A stretch of 38,892 nt of DNA from a virus, in IMG/VR virus record IMGVR_UViG_3300045988_147897; one strand, given 5' to 3'. The position numbers and the translations under genes were made by a program. Positions 35,197 through 38,892 of the stretch are shown one piece after another. Numbering within the stretch: the stretch's first letter is position 1; each line of letters opens with the position of its first letter. The notes beneath the pieces are model-generated. The model was not told the DNA's origin and did not search any database. It saw only the letters and a program-made list of their open reading frames with translations.

Positions 35197-35346
35197 TCAG
35201 TCCGTTTCGGTGTCGAGGGTGAGGTCAAGGGCGTTGATGCGGGCTTCCTGAATGAGGCGGCGGACGCGTTTGTCGGTGCAGGGGCGGGAGGGGTGCTTGA
35301 TCCACCAGGTGGTGGAGTGGAGCCATTCGACGGTTGCGAGGGTCAC
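35197..35346 (-). CDS. small ORF (49 aa; VTLATVEWLHSTTWWIKHPSRPCTDKRVRRLIQEARINALDLTLDTETD)
   Basis: GTG start overlapping the stop of 35343..35606 (GTGA); below the ORF-track cutoff. Confidence 0.3.
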   Translation of the reverse strand: MTLATVEWLHSTTWWIKHPSRPCTDKRVRRLIQEARINALDLTLDTETD

Positions 35347-35606
35347 TGGTGGGCCTCCTCGTCGGCTTCGGATTCAGCGGCGGCGGCCTGGTCGGCGTAT
35401 TCGGTGAGGGACTTCTCGAAAAGTGCGTTCATGACTTCGTCGGGGTGGTTGGCGACCATGAGGCCGGCGATCATGAGGGCGCGGATGCAGTCGGGTGCGA
35501 CGGCCCAGGCGAGGCGGTGGCGGACGCCGTGCCAGCCACGGTGCCCGAAGCGCAGGGCGTCGATGTCTCCCTGGTACTTGGCGGGGATCAGCATCTCGGT
35601 GGTCAC
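35343..35606 (-). CDS. hypothetical protein (87 aa)
   Basis: GTG start overlapping the upstream stop (GTGA); the rest of the 247-aa ORF-track ORF is Arg/Pro junk. Confidence 0.4.
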   Translation of the reverse strand: MTTEMLIPAKYQGDIDALRFGHRGWHGVRHRLAWAVAPDCIRALMIAGLMVANHPDEVMNALFEKSLTEYADQAAAAESEADEEAHQ

Positions 35607-35827
35607 TTGTCGGCCCCTTCCTGGTCGGCGTTGGTGAGGTCGATCAGGTTGCCGATCTCGTCGATGGTGAGGGTGAACGCGCCGATGATGTGGTCGCGGG
35701 CCTTGGGGTTGACGGCGGGCATGTCGAGCATCCTCATGGCGTCGAGGGTGCGGGCCTGTTCGCGGTGGAGGGCGGCGCGCACGAGGTGCGCCTGCCTTGG
35801 GGTTAGGGTGGTACCGTTGATCTGCAC
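35603..35827 (-). CDS. hypothetical protein (74 aa)
   Basis: GTG start with RBS AGGAAAGGA; the upstream part of the ORF-track ORF overlaps the xis-like gene in another frame. Confidence 0.4.
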   Translation of the reverse strand: MQINGTTLTPRQAHLVRAALHREQARTLDAMRMLDMPAVNPKARDHIIGAFTLTIDEIGNLIDLTNADQEGADK

Positions 35828-35898
35828 GATCTTGTCCTTTCCTGGGTCGTGCGTGGGTCTCGCGGGGTGGCAGCCTCGCGGGGCCCGTTCTTTTCTTG

Positions 35899-36162
35899 TT
35901 ACGCGGCCCGTTGGGCTGCGCGTGTGGCGGCTGCCTTGCGGGCTGCCTGCGAGCGGTTGCTGCGCGGGGTGATCCTGCCTTCGCCGGGTTCGGCGGCGTG
36001 CCGGGCTTGGTAGGCCTGCAGGGCTTCGGCGGGGATGCGCCACCCGGCCCGGCCCTTCTCGTTCCACGCGGCGATCTGCCCGTCACGGATGCGACGACGA
36101 ACGGCGGCGGGGGAGAGCCTGAGCATCTCGGCGGCCTCGGCGAGGGTGAGGATCTGAGTCAC
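35899..36162 (-). CDS. xis: excisionase / Xis-like HTH DNA-binding protein
   Basis: LTLAEAAEMLRLSPAAVRRRIRDGQIAAW...WRIPAEAL is a typical Xis/HTH_17 pattern; GTGA-coupled to cro. Confidence 0.6.
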   Translation of the reverse strand: MTQILTLAEAAEMLRLSPAAVRRRIRDGQIAAWNEKGRAGWRIPAEALQAYQARHAAEPGEGRITPRSNRSQAARKAAATRAAQRAA

Positions 36163-36386
36163 GCGGCCTCCTCGGTGCGGGCTTCTGCGTCTGCCATGAG
36201 GCGGCTCGGGGTCTCGTAGCCGAGGGCGGCGCTGATGGTGGCGATCTCGCCTAGCGTGAAGTCGCTCTCACCTGAGAGTTTGCGCGCAAGCGTTGTGCGC
36301 GAAAGTCCAACCTTCTTTGCGAACGCCCGAACCGAGCCGCCGTCATTGATGATTCGCAGTTTGAGCTCTGTTTGCAGCGCGTTCAT
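36159..36386 (-). CDS. Cro-like XRE-family HTH repressor (75 aa)
   Basis: HTH segment SVRAFAKKVGLSRTTLARKLSGE; ATG with GGAGGG RBS; divergent from the cI-like gene. Confidence 0.65.
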   Translation of the reverse strand: MNALQTELKLRIINDGGSVRAFAKKVGLSRTTLARKLSGESDFTLGEIATISAALGYETPSRLMADAEARTEEAA

Positions 36387-36407
36387 TGTGTCCCTCCTTT
36401 CCGGGGT

Positions 36408-36423
36408 GGCCCATTTGTGGGCC
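36408..36423. promoter_or_regulatory. operator O1: GGCCCATTTGTGGGCC (6-bp inverted half-sites, 4-bp spacer)
   Basis: Read directly; lies between the cro promoter -10 and the cro RBS. Confidence 0.55.
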
Positions 36424-36434
36424 GCATGTGAGTA

Positions 36435-36464
36435 ACCATAGCGGCCCAGAAGTGGGCCAGTCAA
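36435..36464 (-). promoter_or_regulatory. candidate cro promoter (PR-like): -35 TTGACT (36459..36464) and -10 TATGGT (36435..36440) on the minus strand, 18-bp spacer
   Basis: Sigma-70-like hexamers positioned about 50 nt upstream of the cro ATG. Confidence 0.4.
36443..36458. promoter_or_regulatory. operator O2: GGCCCAGAAGTGGGCC
   Basis: Fills the 18-bp spacer of the candidate cro promoter. Confidence 0.55.
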
Positions 36465-36505
36465 GTCGAAACGCGAAAGTTCCTGACGCAATGCCCCTAC
36501 CAGGT

Positions 36506-36521
36506 GGCCCGTTTCTGGTCC
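36506..36521. promoter_or_regulatory. operator O3 (imperfect): GGCCCGTTTCTGGTCC
   Basis: 2 mismatches to the half-site consensus; immediately upstream of a CATAAT -10-like hexamer for the cI-like gene. Confidence 0.4.
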
Positions 36522-36526
36522 ATAAT
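36521..36526 (+). promoter_or_regulatory. candidate -10 (CATAAT) of a PRM-like promoter that would give a leaderless or near-leaderless cI-like mRNA
   Basis: Hexamer ends 7 nt before the ATG at 36534. Confidence 0.3.
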
Positions 36527-36533
36527 TGGGCGC

Positions 36534-36803
36534 ATGAGTGTCACAGCATTTGAGCCGCATGACTACGAGCAGGCCGTCGCAGCCGCCCTACGTGCCGAAA
36601 TGGGCCGTCAAGACATATCGTTGCGCGCGCTTTCAACTCGGTCGGGAGTTTCGCGGTCACGGCTGATGCGAATTCTTGCTGAGGAGGGGCAGACCGCACC
36701 CATGACCGTCACAGTCCTAGAGGCGCTGTGCCGCGCGCTCGGCGTATCGATGACGCGTGTGCTCACTGATGCTGAAAACATGCTCACAACCGGGCGGGCA
36801 TAA
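36534..36803 (+). CDS. cI-like XRE-family HTH repressor (89 aa)
   Basis: HTH segment ISLRALSTRSGVSRSRLMRIL; divergent from cro; the ORF-track start at 36504 is GTG, so the start was moved to ATG. Confidence 0.6.
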   Translation: MSVTAFEPHDYEQAVAAALRAEMGRQDISLRALSTRSGVSRSRLMRILAEEGQTAPMTVTVLEALCRALGVSMTRVLTDAENMLTTGRA

Positions 36804-36807
36804 AGCA

Positions 36808-36838
36808 GACCCCACCAGGCAGGCGTCCTGGTGGGGTC
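36808..36838. terminator. hairpin GACCCCACCAGG-CAGGCGT-CCTGGTGGGGTC directly after the cI-like stop
   Basis: Perfect 12-bp stem 5 nt after TAA. Confidence 0.55.
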
Positions 36839-36927
36839 ACGCGCATTTAGAACGCCCGTGCGCGCGGGCAACCCAGGGGGCCGACCCTGGTTCAATATGT
36901 GTGCGCTTGAGGTGAGCATATCATGGC

Positions 36928-36943
36928 GGCCCACTAGTGGGCC
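36928..36943. promoter_or_regulatory. distal operator O4: GGCCCACTAGTGGGCC (perfect 16-bp palindrome) about 480 bp from O1/O2
   Basis: Same half-sites as O1/O2, in the non-coding region between the cI-like gene and int. Confidence 0.5.
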
Positions 36944-37127
36944 ATAAAAGACCGCCGCCCCTGCAATGACATTCCCGATCATGAGCAGAGGCGGCGGGGT
37001 TCGCGCGGATGTAGGCGGCGCGTGCGCCTGGGCCTCTCGCGTCGGGGCGCGGTTTACCCAAGAGAGAACCGCCCAGCTACCCGAAGATGCCGAGCGATCG
37101 GTTACGCCCATTCTACCAGTGGCCGCC

Positions 37128-37239
37128 CACATCTGCGTCCAGGCCGTGCCGCCGATATGAGAAGTCCCCACACGGAACCCGGTCGGGAAGTGTGGGGATA
37201 CTGCCCCTAGTTTACCTCGCGGCGGGCACATCTGCGTCC
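37128..37239. repeat. 13-bp direct repeat CACATCTGCGTCC (37128..37140 and 37227..37239) flanking hairpin TCCCCACAC-N15-GTGTGGGGA (37166..37198)
   Basis: Read directly in the 814-bp non-coding region upstream of int. Confidence 0.6.
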
Positions 37240-37320
37240 TCACACGGGGGGCGCGCGAGAGGCAAGGTGTCAAGACGATAGCCCGCGAGCGCGAGGCTAC
37301 GCGACCCCGATTTTAGGTGC

Positions 37321-37548
37321 GTGTCACGTGACACGCGCACAACGTCACGCAACGGTGTTTTACGCCTATTCAAGGCCAGTCAGAAAAACCGACTTTGCAT
37401 TGCAAAATCAAGACCTTTCCCCACCGTCGCACCGCAAACCCAAAAACACCCTGTGCAGAGACATGGTCCCCACACCCTCACAACAAAAACCGCACTATTC
37501 TGCGGTAAAGTGGGGATGTGGGGGCCGCGTGACACGCGCGCGTGACAC
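37321..37548. repeat. GTGACAC/GTGTCAC heptamer sites: palindrome GTGTCACGTGACAC (37321..37334) and GTGACACGCGCGCGTGACAC (37527..37548) bracketing a 190-bp A-rich region of about 50% GC
   Basis: Read directly; lies immediately upstream of the int start at 37618. Confidence 0.6.
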
Positions 37549-37617
37549 ACATGCTAATCAATCGGAGTACAATCAAGACCAAGCAAGACACGCAAAGATC
37601 AAGCAAGGCGGCGCAAC

Positions 37618-38781
37618 ATGGCATCTGTCAAGGCGGTAACGCACCGTGACGGCACCGTCGTGTACCGGGTCCGATACCGCGCGGGAGGCCGAAACCCAGT
37701 CGTGGAAACCTTCTATGATGCCGCGAGCGCCCAGCGCTTCGCCGACCTCGTCGATCGCATCGGCGGGGCAGCCGCCCGCGAGCTGCGCAGCCTCGACGAC
37801 CTGGCCGCCGCCGACACGCCCACCGTCGCCGCGGCGCTCGAACACCACCTCGAAGCCCTAGCCGCGTCCGCTACGCCTGGCACGATCAGTCGATACCGTC
37901 AGATCGTGCGCGACCGCATCGAACCCCACCTCGGCCTAATCCCCGTTGACATGCTCACCCGTCACACGGTCACGAAGTGGGTCGCCGACATTCGCCACAC
38001 GCCCGTCACGCGCGGGGCCACCGCCGGGCGGCCCCCGTCAGCAAAGACAATCCGCAACGCCCAAGCCCTCCTCAGTGCGGCCCTGCAACGCCTTGTCAAC
38101 GAGGATGTGATTCCCCGCAACGTTGCGAAGGCCGTCCCCCTCCCTAAGGACGCGACCGTTCGTGAGATGAGGTTCCTCACCCCCGACGAGTTCGCGCGCC
38201 TCCACGCACAGATCCCCGCCGATTACCAGCCGTTCGTCGCTGCCATGTATGGCCTCGGCCTACGCTTCGGCGAGGCAACCGCCCTCACGGTCGCCGACAT
38301 CGACCTCGACGTCGCCCAACCAGTCGTGCGAGTGAATAAGGCCTGGAAGGTTGGCGAACACGGGTCCCGCTATCTAGGGGCCCCGAAAACCAAGCGCGGG
38401 CGGCGAACAGTCACCATCCCCGCGCCCCTGGTCCCTGAGCTGCGCGGCGCGCTCGCGGGTAAGGCGGCGGATGAGCTGGTATTCACGGCGCGCAGGGGCG
38501 GGCCGATCACGTCGGCGCCGTTCCATAATCACATCTGGCGGCCTGCGTGTGATGCGGCTGGGTTGTCGCCGCGGCCGCGCGTGCATGATCTGCGTCATTC
38601 GCACGCGTCGGCGCTGATCGCTGCCGGCGTGCCTCTGCCTGTGGTGCAGCGCCGCATGGGCCACGAGTCGATTCAAATGACGGTTGACGTGTATGGGCAT
38701 CTAGCGCCCGATGCCTACGCGGGCGCTGCTGAGGCTATGAGCGTGGCCATGGGAGGGGTTGCGCCTCAACTCGGCATGTGA
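37618..38781 (+). CDS. int: tyrosine integrase (site-specific recombinase, phage integrase family)
   Basis: C-terminal catalytic context HDLRHSHASALIAAGVPLPVVQRRMGHESIQMTVDVYGHL (R...HxxR...Y); N-terminal SAM-like domain. Confidence 0.9.
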   Translation: MASVKAVTHRDGTVVYRVRYRAGGRNPVVETFYDAASAQRFADLVDRIGGAAARELRSLDDLAAADTPTVAAALEHHLEALAASATPGTISRYRQIVRDRIEPHLGLIPVDMLTRHTVTKWVADIRHTPVTRGATAGRPPSAKTIRNAQALLSAALQRLVNEDVIPRNVAKAVPLPKDATVREMRFLTPDEFARLHAQIPADYQPFVAAMYGLGLRFGEATALTVADIDLDVAQPVVRVNKAWKVGEHGSRYLGAPKTKRGRRTVTIPAPLVPELRGALAGKAADELVFTARRGGPITSAPFHNHIWRPACDAAGLSPRPRVHDLRHSHASALIAAGVPLPVVQRRMGHESIQMTVDVYGHLAPDAYAGAAEAMSVAMGGVAPQLGM

Positions 38782-38848
38782 TACACAGCTCCCTGATGTA
38801 GCTTGCGTGATACATTGTGCGCGGGCTATAGTTATTACATCGGGAGGG

Positions 38849-38892
38849 ACAAGCCCCCCGAACCTCAAAGAAGGAGAAAAACATGGACATGC
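38849..38892. repeat. 44-bp direct terminal repeat, right copy (identical to 1..44), 67 bp after the int stop
   Basis: Exact identity read directly. Confidence 0.9.

Noticed and set aside
36839-37617. Possible tRNA or tmRNA gene next to the integrase
   Set aside because: No cloverleaf-compatible sequence found. There is no GTTCGAATC-like T-loop and no acceptor/CCA context. The hairpin at 37166..37198 stands alone.

Overview
This 38.9-kb, high-GC (roughly two-thirds G+C) window is essentially one complete temperate siphovirus-type phage or prophage genome from a high-GC Gram-positive (actinobacterial-type) host. It is bounded by an exact 44-bp direct repeat at both window edges (1..44 = 38849..38892). 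Nearly every real gene lies on the minus strand in one long series with pervasive stop-start overlaps (ATGA/GTGA), so the gene starts are translationally coupled. Read in the direction of transcription (high to low coordinate) the order is: cro-like and Xis-like genes; small ORFs; an LAxTG sortase-substrate surface protein; RecT; an N6/N4 DNA methyltransferase; a C5 methyltransferase plus a catalytically degenerate C5-methyltransferase paralog; RusA; a tandem array of five small paralogs; a replication initiator that carries internal iterons; SSB; nuclease, Zn-finger and HTH genes; then HNH, small and large terminase, portal, MuF-like protein, scaffold, HK97-fold major capsid protein, connectors, tail genes, a 1092-aa tape measure protein and Dit/Tal/fibre; then endolysin and holin; and finally a terminal moron cluster (membrane coiled-coil protein, CarboxypepD_reg-like protein, GDPD phosphodiesterase). 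On the plus strand there is a cI-like repressor divergent from cro across a switch region with GGCCCA-N4-TGGGCC operators, a tyrosine integrase, and a 130-aa Cys-containing gene beside the terminal repeat. No rRNA, tRNA or CRISPR array was found. Many ORF-track starts are GTG/TTG and carry Arg/Pro-rich out-of-frame N-terminal extensions. I therefore moved CDS starts to internal in-frame start codons supported by an RBS and/or a stop-start overlap. Coordinates of non-coding motifs were read by eye and may be off by 1-2 bp.
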